From Botryllus schlosseri (taxonomy: Eukaryota): a DNA stretch of 64,000 nt. The stretch spans positions 3,040,001 through 3,104,000 of the forward strand of contig CM119372.1 in assembly GCA_051294905.1 (NCBI GenBank). The letters are read 5' to 3'. This document shows positions 48,098 to 60,899 of the stretch, piece by piece (positions within the stretch are counted from its first letter, which is position 1; each line of letters opens with the position of its first letter). Below the pieces are notes generated by a model. That model was not told the DNA's origin and made no database searches. It worked only from the letters and a program-made list of their open reading frames with translations. Position numbers and translations under genes: made by a program.

Positions 48098-50287
48098 TAG
48101 GGCAAGTTTTTGCAACTTTTGCAACTTTTTTTAAACCTTTCGACATGCTTCGTAATTACTCAGAATCTACGTATTATGGTGTTTTAAGCTGTTCGGAGGG
48201 ATTTTATAGTGCAACTTTTTGCAACTTTTCTCTATTTTTCATAGCCAGGTTTACAGCAACTTTTATCAAATATTGCGTCAAAATGTGAAGGAGTTATTTA
48301 AAAACATGCTATGCACTATTCCTAGCATGGTTCTGCTCCCTTCTCCCTTCGATGTGCATAACAAAGACCTGTATGATGGGTTAGCTGCATCTCAGTGTTA
48401 TCTGTGACACAATGGAGAGAAGTTCACCTCCACCTTCCAAGCAAGACGGTGCCCGAATAATATGTAAATAGATCGCTTTATTAATTCTGTCGTTTAAAGT
48501 TGAAATGGTTTCCCATTTCACGAACGACCGGGCGAGACCGCCGAAAATTACATTTTCACTGGGTCCCCTACTTCAGGCTATTGATTTTGTTAAAGTCGCC
48601 AAGTGCCGAGTTTTTCTGTAATGTCATTGGTCAAGATTGTAGACCTAGGGGGTGGTTTGGGGTGTGCAGGGCCGTAACAGCACTTCGCCAGGCCCCCCCA
48701 AAACTTTGGTCTTGGGCCCCCCATATGATGATAAACCGAACTTATGGGGGGCTTCGCCCCCCAGACCCCCCCTCACGCTGTATCCTGTACGCCGTTATCC
48801 GCTACTTATCATCTTTCATGGGGCTCCGTTGACTGGGTACGCTTTTCTCGCCTAAACGCGCGAAGCGCGAAAAATTATGTAATTCGTGATTGAATCGGTA
48901 AATATGATCGTGAATTGCATACGTATTGCTATCAATTTTTACCCTCTCTCTGCTCACCTAATCAGATTTACAGGTAGAGCTGAGTGAGGCGTGTTTGAAT
49001 AGGTAGGACCCCTCAATAATAATTAAACATCTTCGGGCGTATACCCATTGTCAGGAACGAAACAGCACTTCGTCAGACCCCTAAAAAAATCTTGGGTCTT
49101 GGGCTCCCATAGGGTGATAACCCGACCCCCAATGACGTTCGCTTTGCCACGAAATTAGTCGTACTGTTTAGTGAGCCAGCGCCAAGCGCGAAAATTTTCG
49201 ATAATTCATGATACAATCGGTCAATAAGATCGGGAATTGCATATATATTGCTATCAATTTCTTGTCCTCTCTGCTCACGTAATCAGATTTACCGGCAGAG
49301 CTGAGTGAGGAGTCTTGGAAACTGTAGGGCCCGTTGGTATGACTCCGTAACATAATGTTATTTCGTGACTTCCTGTCTGCTATATCAAAAAATATAGAAT
49401 CGCCCAAACGTAGGCTACTAAACTAAAAGACACACACGATTTCAAATTGGTATTTCTTCACTGGTATATAATTTTCCCCTGCGGGATGGTATTTGTCTTG
49501 TGTGGTTCAGATTGCCAAGACAGGAACATTCGGCGTCAGTCATTTAGGCGCTTTTGGACAATTAAACCTACATGTATTTTGTATATATAACGAAGTTTTC
49601 GGTCAGCATAAGGACGGTCCTTTTCGGCCAAGGTTTTCTCACTGCCGATCGTTCTAGCACATTTCTTGGAGTCGCATGTCACATGGCCTGAAACTTTATA
49701 TGTCTTGGTATATCGTGGCGCGATAATGACCAACGCAAATACACCCATTTCAATAATCTTTTTTTTTGCTTATTTTTTTTTTTGGGGGGGGGGGGGCAAG
49801 AGTACTCCAAAATCAAGATATGTGGCAACTTGAAATCGCGCCCAGCGCGAAAAAATTTTGAAAAAGTTGCATAAATTTTCAAAAAATACTCTATAATTTA
49901 TGCTAATCCACGAAATAATTTTGGGCCCCCTTCGAGCTCGGCCCCCCCCAATTGGTAGGTTTGGGGTGCGGCAGTTACGGTGCTGGGGGTGTGTTATTCT
50001 ACTTGTTTTAGGGGGAGGGGGTTATCGCTATGCTGTTTGGAATTTCTTGGGGAAATTATTATTTATTTTTTTGCTGGTTTTGTCAGACTGTTAAATGACG
50101 AAGTAGCAAATTTGACAACTCTGCAGTAACTAGGTTATACAACGAAGCCTTTCTAATATCACATATCCTGATAATTCAACAAAAAATATAATTGCAACAA
50201 AAAATAAAAATGCAACTTTTTGCTACAACTTTTGTTAAAATTAAATGCAACTTTCTCGCGATTTTAGTGCAACATCAACTTGCCCTA
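48098..50287. mobile_element. hAT-type element with a nested CAGGGCCGTAAC element (48667-49985)
   Basis: TIR TAGGGCAAGTT and TSD GT(G/C)ATCAT. The nested element has TSD GGGGTGTG. Confidence 0.8.
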
Positions 50288-50768
50288 GTCATCATACACG
50301 AATAGATGTGAGAGATCCCGAAAGCGTTTTCCGTCATCGTCATGCACCGGCTCAGTTGTTCTCATAATAAGTACGCAAATCCGTCGAAACGCTGTACTTT
50401 CTACTTGAAAAAAGTAACAAGGAAAAACTTTAGCAGGAAATGCTGTTTATGCATTCGTTGTCTCGAGAACAAATTGGGTCGATATTACGAATAATATTGC
50501 TATATACAATTGCATGTTATATTGGTGTTGAAGTAAACCCGAATATTTACGGCTGGCACTCGTCAGGGCTATTATCTTCAGTAGCTACTAGATAATTGGA
50601 AAGAACATCGTATTTGACATATAATGTTGTTTTCTGCTAGTTGTTGACGATTACCCCTGACGAGTATCACCGGAAAGATTCGGGTTTATTTGAACAGGAA
50701 TACAAGTCCTGTACCTCCAATAATCTTAACAATATTTCTAATTGGCCGTTATCTGTGTCTCATTTCAG

Positions 50769-51023
50769 ATCTACAAACTACAGCGCCGATGAGCTTTTCC
50801 AAATGGCGACAGCCGCATGGCCAGATTTCGATCTCTATATCCGCACGCTAAAATCCATGAATCCCGAGGATGTTGAGGGGTTGATGAAAGCCATCACGCT
50901 CTGGGCGAGCAACGGGCCGTACACTACGCAAGGATTCGTGGACGCTACCAAGCCTGTGTTTATGAATATCACAAAATCAATCGAAGCCTTACTTGGGGAA
51001 TTGAGACAATCATTCACGCCAAG
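50769..51023 (+). CDS. Novel Ly6/uPAR-like surface protein, exon 7
   Basis: atttcag|(K)STNYSADELFQMATAAWPDFDLY...LLGELRQSFTP(R)|gttggt; phase 2/2. Confidence 0.85.
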
Positions 51024-51544
51024 GTTGGTACACTTCTTTCTTTTGGTGAGTTTTATTCATTAAACACGAGATCGCAAGAATGACACTACTGCTGATGCCC
51101 GATATCGCAAATCCGCTGCAAAACAGCCATTATGCAATGTGCATGGCTCCTGGTGAGAGTATGCATATCATTTTGTATGTTTTATATCGGGGGCGGGCAA
51201 TCGCATAAATATTCCAAGGTACGTTGTGCTTATAACTGAATAACTATTTGTTCAATAATTATCGGTTTAATTGAACTGTAGCAGGCTTGGAACAACTTTC
51301 CTAATCTGACAAATTATACATAATCTACTGTCTAATTTTAATTTGACTGTCATATCCAGCTTTCCTGAAAATGCTACAGGAGAACTGTATATTGCGTAAC
51401 AAGCCAACGTTAGTGTGCAGACATTTGCACAGCTCATGCAAATGGGAATGAGCTTTGATTTGGTATGAACTGGACTTGATTATTGTTGTTCAAGTTGAAG
51501 TTTCTTCATAAAATTTTGTCACTTCAAAACATCACAAGACTGCA

Positions 51545-52485
51545 ATACAATGAATGATAGGAAGATGCCGAAACGACTAGGAGTAGTCTTGAGATCAGAC
51601 ACCCACCTGGGCCTAGGCGATGTAAAGAGAAGGCATGCACACTAGGGCTGTTCAAAAATAACTTTTTTTTTCGGATTCCAGCCATTCACTGATTAAATTG
51701 TCAGGTTACCCTAAAAAAACGCTGCACACCAAATTTGGTTCGATTTTAACAAGTATAGGACTCCGCAGATCCAATTAAAATTTTTAATTTATTATGGAAA
51801 ATTAAAAAAAAAAAATTTCCAGATTTTTCTGCCAACCCCATGAAATTATTGAGCTGTCTTCAAAGACGTTGCAAAACAAATTTGAGTCAATTCTGACCAG
51901 TAGAAGCGGAGTTATGTGAGTTTTTCGTTGATAAATCGCGGATTATCCACCGATCAAGGATAATCTGAGGATTATCATCGAAAAACTCACATAATTCCGC
52001 TTCTACTGGTCGGAATTGACTCAAATTTGTTTTGCAACGTCTTTGAAGACAGCTCAACAATTTCACGGGGTTGGCAGAAAAATTTGGAAATTTTTTTTTT
52101 TAATTTTCCATAATAAATTGAAAATTTTAATTGCATCTGCGGAGGCCTTTACTGGTTGGAATCGAGTGAAATTTGGTGAGCAAGGTTTTCTACTGCAACC
52201 TGACGATTTAAGAGGTGACCGGCTTGAATCGGGAAAAAATGTTATTTTTGAACAGCCCTAATGCACACTGAATGAAAATATAAGAAGATAATATAAAGTG
52301 GCAAGCGATAAAATCAGGTGGCAAGTGACGAAAGGCGAGATCGATATGTCAGGTCGTGGTCCGGTAAATGGTGAGGGCTGACTAGTATTCATCCAGCAAA
52401 AATTGCTGGTATTTCGACTTGAATGCGGACATGCTCGACGACTGTCGGATAGCCGGCGAGATGCTGTTCCACACTTCAGCTCCGT
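51545..52485 (-). mobile_element. 3' fragment of the same CR1/L2-like LINE, split by a palindromic MITE
   Basis: 51545-51642 and 52261-52485 align with ~16707-17030. Confidence 0.75.
51643..52260. mobile_element. Fully palindromic MITE, TAGGGCTGTTCAAAA family
   Basis: ~300-bp inverted arms meeting near 51950; perfect TSD ATGCACAC. Confidence 0.9.
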
Positions 52486-52599
52486 GCTTCTTTCTAATCA
52501 GAAATTTAATTCAATTTTGAAGTATTTGCGAATTATGATTCTACTCTAAATTTGGATAAGTGGAAAATTTTCTCGTCACCCGACTCTGAGCTCTACCAG

Positions 52600-52882
52600 G
52601 AAACAGGAATTGTATTTCTATCAAAAATTGCGTTTCTTCGTCAACAGCTTGTGCAAGTTTGGATCGTGTGTCACTGATCTCTGCAATACGCAGACCTACA
52701 TCACCGAGAGTCAAGTCTTTACAGACATGCCAGCGACCAGTGCACCAGCTGCGGAGGAGACCACTGGATCCAGTCTGACGCAAGCCGTAATGGCCACTAC
52801 CAGCGATGGGCAAACACCGAAGCGTTACACGCTGACGAATGTAGCCGTTGTGATGACAGCAATGTTCAGCATGCTTGGATGA
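52600..52882 (+). CDS. Novel Ly6/uPAR-like surface protein, exon 8 (LU terminal motif, S/T stalk, probable GPI signal)
   Basis: ctaccag|(R)KQELYFYQKLRFFVNSLCKFGSCVTDLCN-TQ...TTSDGQTPKRYTLTNVAVVMTAMFSMLG*. The phase 2 acceptor matches exon 7; total CDS is 2274 nt. Confidence 0.85.
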
Positions 52883-53589
52883 ATGAGACTCGGAAGCTAC
52901 ACTTCTTGAATAGTATACAATCGAGACGATTGAATTTTTAATCAACTAATCAATGAACAATTTGTGGGGGCTTCCGAGATATGTGGAATTATGCACTGCA
53001 TCGTTAAAACCACTACGTTTCCTTAGTTATATGACAGTTCTAAAGTACATGAATAACGTCGATATCGATTAAAGTATGTTGGCTGTTGTGCGCACATTAT
53101 TTCGTCGATTTCATTGCCTGTACGGATGCACATTTTGGACGATTATATCACTAAGGCTGGCCACAATGATTCGAGTGGAGCACCATGCCACTAATCGTTA
53201 ATTTGTTAACAAGAATGATAGTTTCGATGATATTTTCCACTGCCTTAAAATCTCGTTAGGCCGTATCACAGTATATGGAACATGTAGTACAGAGATACGC
53301 GTGTTGGTGGAAATGACATGTGAAATCGTGATCAATCCACATCATTTTCACAAAGCGCTGTAATCTTAGTCGAAAAAACACCAAATTATCTTAAATGCAA
53401 TGTATAGAAGAGGAAATTATATTCTTTGCTATGGTACAAAAGGTACATATTTGAACTCCCCACCTTGTTTACACAATCATGAAGTCATAATGAGTGATAT
53501 TCGTCTCGATACTCTCGAAGCCTAATTCTCGAATCCGAATCGAATCATTCAGCTACTCGATTTTGTTCAGCCGTATTTATCACCTAACA

Positions 53590-55348
53590 CAGTGGTTCTC
53601 AACCGCCGGTCCGCGGACCGGTGCCGGTCCGCGACGACATTCCTGCCGGTCCGCCGGCAAAATTACAAATTTATACCTTAATTTCAAGATGCAATTTTGA
53701 AGGCTTTTTCATTGATAAAATAAATTAACTATTAAAGTTTAAACTGATTCAGAACTTCGTGAGGTAACTTTAGGGCTGGAAACATGTTCGATATGTTTCA
53801 TACTTAGACAGCGCAGTTTGCGTGATCATTCGCTTTCGATTCATCTGTTTGTGCAGGACCGTATCTGGGGCACCCCAAACCAACCCAATTGGAGAGGGGC
53901 CGAGTTTGGAAGGGGTCCAAAATTATTCTGCAAATGAACATAAATCATATCGTTTTAAAAAAAGAACTTTTCCCAATATTTTATAAATTGTTTTCGTGCT
54001 TTGCGCAACTTAGGGATGGTTGCATCAATCGCGATCATTTCTTGATCGCAGACCATATAATGCGGATCATCAGCGTTTCACTGCATATATGATGATCAGA
54101 GCCCATTATCGGTGACATTTGATCTGTAAAACTGGATCCATGCACCTCGCGAGGTGTTTCAAGGAGTTGATTGGCAGTAGAAACACCGTCCGTCGTACGC
54201 CAGACAATATGTCCGACCCTCAGCGCAGTCCGAGGATACCCCATACATGATGTCCAAGTGTCAACACAGTCCGAGCATACCCCACATATACGGCAGACAT
54301 GATGTCCGAGTAGCAACGCAGTGCGAACATAATCCAGACATACCCCAGTCATGATATCCGAGTGTTAACATAGTCCGAACATACCCCAGACAAACCCAGA
54401 CATGCTGTCCGAGTAGCAACGCAGTTGGTTACGCTGCGTTATGTGTGTTCGCTATGTAGTTACTAACTTGTGTTTTTATCGTGTAGGCTTGTCTCTATCT
54501 AACTCTAACCGCAGGCGACGACTATTTTAAAACCTAATTTCTCGACCCAGTTGCTGTATTTGGACATTTCTTCGTTACATCGATTATTACATTACATATA
54601 ATTTCTACCTCCATCTACGAATCATCATTTGCATGGATCGGTCGTGGAATTTGAGTTCAATTCAAAAAGTGGTTTCCATAACTGCCCTTAAGTTAGGAGA
54701 AGTTACAGATGTGCTCACAAGTACAGGTGAAAACATACACTCAACTGTAGGGTCTGGGGTCGAAGTCCCCGGATCATCGTGTGGGGGCCAACGCCAGCGT
54801 TTTTGGGAGTGAGCAGACGAAGTGCTTTTCGGCCTGGATTTGCGGATGGCCGGTATAGCTGCTATAAGGTGTTTTCGTGCGGCGCATTGTATTCGTAGTT
54901 GCCTGAGTAGCCTGCGCAGCCTGCGCCTGGTGGTAGTGGGCAATGAGCAAGGTAGCACGACAAAGTGTTTGGTTCGAGTCGAAAACGCTTCTTCTCTCGA
55001 TATTCTCGAAGACAAGAATATTATTCGAGTTGGTGTGGTCGGTTAAACCCACGGCCTTCGGCGCGAAAAACTGTAAACGACTCTCGGCGGCGGCACGTTC
55101 ACCTAAACAAGGCAATTTCACCTCGACTCAGCGGACTCACTACCATGAAATCGCATGGATGCCATCATGAAGATATTTAATTACGATCAAACCCCTCTAA
55201 ATTCGACTCTCTAGCACCATTCAATTGCAAAAAAAACGTTGCATACTTGACATTTTGGGTTCATTTCAATTTGTGAAATTCCACCGGTCCGCCAAACATT
55301 TTTAAAAATTTTACCGGTCCGCGAGGTGAAAAAGGTTGAGAACCACTG
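53590..55348. mobile_element. hAT/Charlie-like non-autonomous element with internal cargo
   Basis: TIR CAGTGGTTCTCAACC and perfect TSD ACCTAACA. Contains an internal ~51-bp tandem array and a GC-rich segment. Confidence 0.85.
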
Positions 55349-55852
55349 ACCTAACATGAATTCACTACGGTATTTCATAGTGTCGCTATACCCATCAGCA
55401 AGTGTTATCTGTGTCTGGTAGATGATATCGAATTTTATTTATCAAACCATTACCTACTTTCAAAACTTTTCATACGAGCCATATATCTTGCTATTACACG
55501 GCGATTTTTTTTGCCGGCTTCAATAATTCATATCTTCAAATAACTATATCCGTCGCCTCCTTATATCATCTCTATTCGCTGAGAATTCTATTCTTATTAA
55601 AAATGATATAGGCCTACTGCCACTTTTCCCTCCAAACTTCGCGCGTGTGCAATGGGAGACTTTCACCGACCACTCGAGGGCGCCAACAGCTCGTCTTGTC
55701 GTCCGTAGTAAACATAAACAAAGCCGGGTAACTCGTAGCTTGGTCATGTTTATTCGCTAGAAACCACGATATCATTGCTAGAAACCAGGTCAGCCCCTGC
55801 CTGTTGGATTCAGATAAAAGAATTAATCTCTGGTGTGTATGGCGTTTAAATT

Positions 55853-56222
55853 TTAAAACCAGAATGATCCTCGGAAAACTGTCCAGGGTGTTGCTAAATG
55901 AACTTTGAAAATGTTACAAATACTCGCTTTAAAGTGATAGTTGGACATCGTGTTGGATCTAAAAAAATGTTTTAATATACATTTGTATCAAAGTACATGA
56001 TCATTGGAGTATATTAAAACCAGAATAGTCCTCAGTAAATTGTCCAGGATGTTGCTAAGCGAAGTTTATAAATGGTAGGCCTACATACGCACTGTTGGTA
56101 ATCGCAATTTATGCGTAATGATAAGCCAATTTCAAAGTGATAGTTGGACATCGTCGGACCTGAAATGCCTTAATTTGCTTTTATCTCATAGTGTGTGATG
56201 CGTGAAGTATATTAAAACCAGA
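55853..56222. repeat. Diverged ~160-200-bp tandem duplication
   Basis: TTAAAACCAGAAT(G/A)(A/G)TCCTC...TGTCCAGG(G/A)TGTTGCTAA...AAAGTGATAGTTGGACATCGT occurs twice, and a third TTAAAACCAGA start follows. Confidence 0.7.
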
Positions 56223-58550
56223 CTGGTAATATATATGTATGCAATTCCCGATATTATTGACCTATTCAATAATGAATTATATAAATTTTTCGCGCTTGGC
56301 GTGACGAAGCCGTAAAAACTGACTCGCGAATGACTATAACAAATCTCGCTCACAAAGTGCCGGTGAGAACGTCTGACCTGTTGGGTGGTCTAGGAGGCGA
56401 GGACCCCAGAATATTGGTTCATCACCCTATGGGGAGCCCAATACCAACAAAATACCGGTGTTCGAATTCTAATCTCATTTGTGAAACGTTTCTAAGCTTT
56501 GATTCTGATCCTAATCTAATACCTGGTTTTCCTGGAAATGCTACAGGAGAACTGTAATATGCGGATCGAACCATGCTTGCTGTACAGATATTTTCCCGTC
56601 TCGTGCTTTTTGAGATTGAACTCTGATTTGGTAGAAGCTGAACCTGATTTCTGTTGTATTTCTTTCTAATTCCAAATTGAATTCCATAATTCCTTTTTTG
56701 GGGTGCTCAAAATATGGCCGGCCCATATAGTTTCTTGCTGGTGATTCAAATGGTCATGGGCGTGGGCACGAATGGTTATCCGGAAATCAACGTGAATAGG
56801 ACCTTATCGAGATACACATACTGCATTGCAACTGTTGACAGAACTTACCAAAGAGTAACAGGAAAAGCTTACGCTGGAAATGATGACTTTGCGTATCAAA
56901 ATAGAATCGCGATCTATTCCTTGTTTTATTAGTGATTGATCGTTGCCGGTGTCGAGTAGGCTGGGCATGCGTGCCATCAGTATCAAAAATATAATGAAAA
57001 GCAAATTGAGTGAGGCATGTCACGTAAACGGTTTTGTTTGTATTGACTACGCGGAAGTCGAGCGACTAAAAAGGCGGGTTAATTCTATAAAAAATAATAC
57101 CGTTATAGTAATGTCTTTTTATTGTCATTATAAATGTTTTTTTCTCGTTTATATGCAGGGTGATGGCCAGGGATTAGTTCACTGCTTCTCAAACTGTGGT
57201 ACGTGTACCAATAGTCGAACGGGAGGCCTTTTTAGTTATCGGATTCGGGAGGCGGGTACGTCACAATTCTAAATTCACTGACACTAATCGCTAAAGAACC
57301 CGAACGATCATTATCGGCTCGCCGATGATATCGAGTCCATGTCACACTTCGAAAGAAATATTAGTATCGGCTCTTTGAGCTAAATACATATCGGCAAAAT
57401 TACCTGACGTTACGGCATGGTTGTTCGGGGTCAGAGATTTATAATAATATGCGGGGAATGGGAGTAATTTCCTATAGCTTACAGGCAGAGGTGTAAGTAG
57501 GCAAAACCTACTTGAGTAGTCTACAATAGTTGAAGTGTCTCATTAGTGACCACCTATGCTCCCTTTCATGTCCAAGTATAGTAACGAAAGCAACGCTATC
57601 CAAATGGTGCGAGTTGAGCTATATGCCATGTTTTTTTAAATATCGGGTAAATATATCGGTGAAGAAGCTAGTAATCGGTTTTGTCAGTTTTAGCACAAAA
57701 ATATGATATCGACCGGGCCCATCTAATATCACATTATATAATTCTGATTTGTGCCTAAAAATACTGCACGTTAGGTTAATTACGAACATTTCCGAAATAT
57801 TGGGGCATGGCCTCTTCCGCCTCTTGGGTTCGTCTATGGGCACAATTACGGTACAAAAGAAGAACAAAACGGGTAAAAACAGCCGAATGACAACACAACA
57901 CTAATGAAACATATCCAGAGTGTAGAGATGGTGTTTCTGGAGGCGGAGGATCGGCTGATGCAGCTTTATAATGATTTTAAATGATTTTACAAACGGAGCG
58001 AGAGAGCGCGAGCATCTGTGAAAAACTGGATGCTATTATAGTATTGGGCGCATTCAAGATGGTCAGTGGTTTTTAACATTTACTATGCTTGATAACCCTT
58101 ACGCTAATCTACAAGCCTTCGGCGAACCCCAAATGTTCACCTGATGGTCACAAAAACCATAATCCACCATATTGGCATTGCGCAGTTAATGCACTACTAT
58201 AAAATACTGGTACACATGACGAACTGTGCACCGACCACAGTGTTGCAAATAAAAAACGTTACAACATAATATTCACAAAAAAACAAAAATATTATAATGA
58301 GTATTTACTGCAAATCAATGTGACTCTGCTATATGAGTTGGGTGTGTTTCTGGACATCAGACGACCCCTTGAAAGTAGCCCAACGAACCACAGGGTTTGA
58401 ACCCGCTTAACAACCACTGTTTTAGGTCCTGTCCGATACCTGAATTGTAAACCGCTATATCAGCTCATTGTGATGACGAGGTGTAAGGGGTATCATCCTG
58501 CGATATTCAAATTTTGACTGGGAAGGCCTTGCTGCAAACGATGACATGTT

Positions 58551-58700
58551 TGAAGAGCTTCTTGGAGGTACAGAACTTCAATATACAATTAAATAGTATA
58601 TTCATATTGAAATGAACCCGAATATTTTCGGCTGACACTCGTCAGGGGTAATCGTCAGCAACTAGTAGAGAATTGGAAAGAACATTGTATATCAACAATG
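58551..58700 (-). mobile_element. Solo Penelope-like pLTR, best-preserved copy
   Basis: Consensus-like copy of the dispersed ~170-bp repeat shown at 4875-5030 to be the PLE 3' UTR. Confidence 0.75.
58616..58649 (-). ncRNA. Minimal type I hammerhead ribozyme
   Basis: Minus strand ACCC-CUGACGA-GUGUCAGCC-GAAA-AUAU-UC-GGGU. Stem I is ACCC/GGGU, the core is intact, stem III holds the palindrome AAUAUU, and the cleavage triplet is UUC. Confidence 0.72.
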
Positions 58701-59211
58701 ACGATGACATGTGCGACACATATGGCTATTGTCACAGCGACACGTAGCCTATTCCGGTTAATTATGTTGCTCTGAATTGCAGGTAACAAGTCCTCATCAG
58801 AAAAGGAATAGGCGGAAAATTAATCTTAGGCAGTGCTGCATTGTGTCATTCGCATGACGGTACACATTATATACATCACCTGTGTGTAATAGCGTAACCT
58901 CGCGTAACATTTGAACCGCTAAACCCATTCTATAAAGTTTTGACTTCCGGAATTGCACCACATCAGTGCAGTATCTTCATACATAAATAGACGACGTGGT
59001 TCAACCCTGTATCAGATTCCATCTTACCATGTGCAATATTGCATAGGGAAATAACACTAACGAGCTCCGTGGTATCCGCGTGAGATTGAGAGTGGCGTGG
59101 GTATTGGGTAATTTAGAGATGATCATTGCAAGGTGAGCCTAGTAGTAACAAATAGTTGATGAAGTCAACACGAGCTGTTCCGAATTTCTGTAGATGTGTA
59201 GTGATGTTTCG

Positions 59212-59514
59212 GGTTGTCCGACATATGAGCATGCGACACAATGGAAAACGACAGTTCAGCATGGAACACATCAGCATGCGCCACTTCAGCATGTGACTGC
59301 ATAACCCAGAAACTTACTCTAACCCGAAACGTAGCCTAACCTAACCTAACCTAACCTAACCTAACCTAAAGCCTAACCCTAACCCAACCATAAATCCAAC
59401 CCTAACCTACCCCTAACCCGTAATTTAACCCACGTGCTCATGTGTCGCATGCCAAATTGTCGCATGCCGAAGTCTCGCATGCTGTAATGTATCATGCTCA
59501 TATGTCCACGGACC
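59212..59514. mobile_element. MULE-like MITE with a telomere-like (CCTAA)n core
   Basis: 9-bp TSD GATGTTTCG; TIR GGT...GACATATGAGCATG; ~15-bp AGCATG subterminal repeats; (CCTAA)7 at 59335-59369. Confidence 0.8.
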
Positions 59515-60074
59515 GATGTTTCGACGCGTCGCTGCTAATCAATGTTAACTTCGCAGGCGTGACTCCTGAATCTGGCGGTTAGTGCTTATTGAGACCAGCA
59601 AGCCTTGCGTGTCGATCAATCTGACATTAAACTGCATGCAAGCAATTACACGAGACCGAACAGAGAGTTGGACAACTAGAATATTTTCAGCTTCTTCCAA
59701 ATAAAATTATAATTCAAGTTACTGAACTCACAAAAACTTGGAAATGGAATTACATGCCGAATTAGAATGAAATAAATCATAAATCACGCTACGTTCATGT
59801 CAAATCTGAGTTCGTTCCCATACACATGAGATTGGCAATTGTCTGTACACCAAGCTTGGCTCGTTTCTCACCATACAGTAGATGTAACATTTTCTGGGAA
59901 ACCAGAGATTAGAATAGAATTAAAATCAGAGCATAGAAACGTACAAATTTCACAAATTAGGTCAGGTTACCGTCATTTCGTTCCAATTAGTCAACCATAA
60001 TTAGCCCGAAGAATGTTAACGGTATAAGACGTCACTTATATCGATGAAGATCAAGAGAATAATGAAGGTATATT

Positions 60075-60899
60075 CAGGGGTGGCAAACCTTTTCAGCCAA
60101 AGGGCCACATGAGATTTACGAACCATTGCGCGGGCCACTTGAATATTGATGACCTTTTGGTAGTCGTCCAATAAGAGAAAACCGGATTAGGTAACGGTGA
60201 AAGCAAGACTTATATTACCACGCATCAAAAATCGATCACACTTATGTGAATAAAATCCAGTTTACGGTAATGTCATAGCCGCGCCAAGCGCGATATTTTA
60301 AAAAAATTAATGAATGACCGTCGCCTCTGTATATGACTGGGCTTATTTGGCAAGGACTGGATTATTCGGCGCCTGAACAGTGAACATATCGATTTCATTT
60401 TGTGCCAATGTTTCATCGATCTTTCTGCAAGTGTAGCCGTGAAGTCTCATGTTGGACGACACTTTCTCTCATAATTGCCAATATAGCTAGACTCAATTCT
60501 GCAAATTGGGCGTAATTTAAATTTTCAGGAGGGGGACCAATACTAAAAGCAAGCAATCGAGTGACAATAAATCACGCGAAGCGATAAGAAAAATATCAAG
60601 TCAAATAAATCTGCCTCGAAATATTCTACTTGATTGTCGTATACGAAGATCTACGAAAAATCGGGTTGTGGCCCCTTGCTACGCCAATTCGTCGGAACTG
60701 ATATTTTAGTCTTCAACATCCCGTATTACGCGGTCAGACTAATCAAATTTTGGTTGGCCATGCGAGTTTACAATAAATTACCTGGACAATGTCTTTTTTG
60801 ATATTAGAGTTAATTTCGAGAATTATCTCGCGGGCCACTCTAAACCTACTCGCTTGTCACTCAAAACCTTCTCGCGGGCCACGGGTTGGCCAGCCCTCG
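60075..60899. mobile_element. Charlie-like hAT MITE
   Basis: TIR CAGGGGTGGCAAACC / GGTTGGCCAGCCCTCG, GCGGGCCAC subterminal motifs and an imperfect TSD. Confidence 0.7.

Noticed and set aside
56714..56932. 72-aa ORF with a weakly signal-peptide-like start
   Set aside because: No recognisable domain, no linked exons, and it lies among repeat fragments.
59335..59420. True telomere or chromosome-fusion scar
   Set aside because: The array is short, one-directional and enclosed within a TIR element with a 9-bp TSD.
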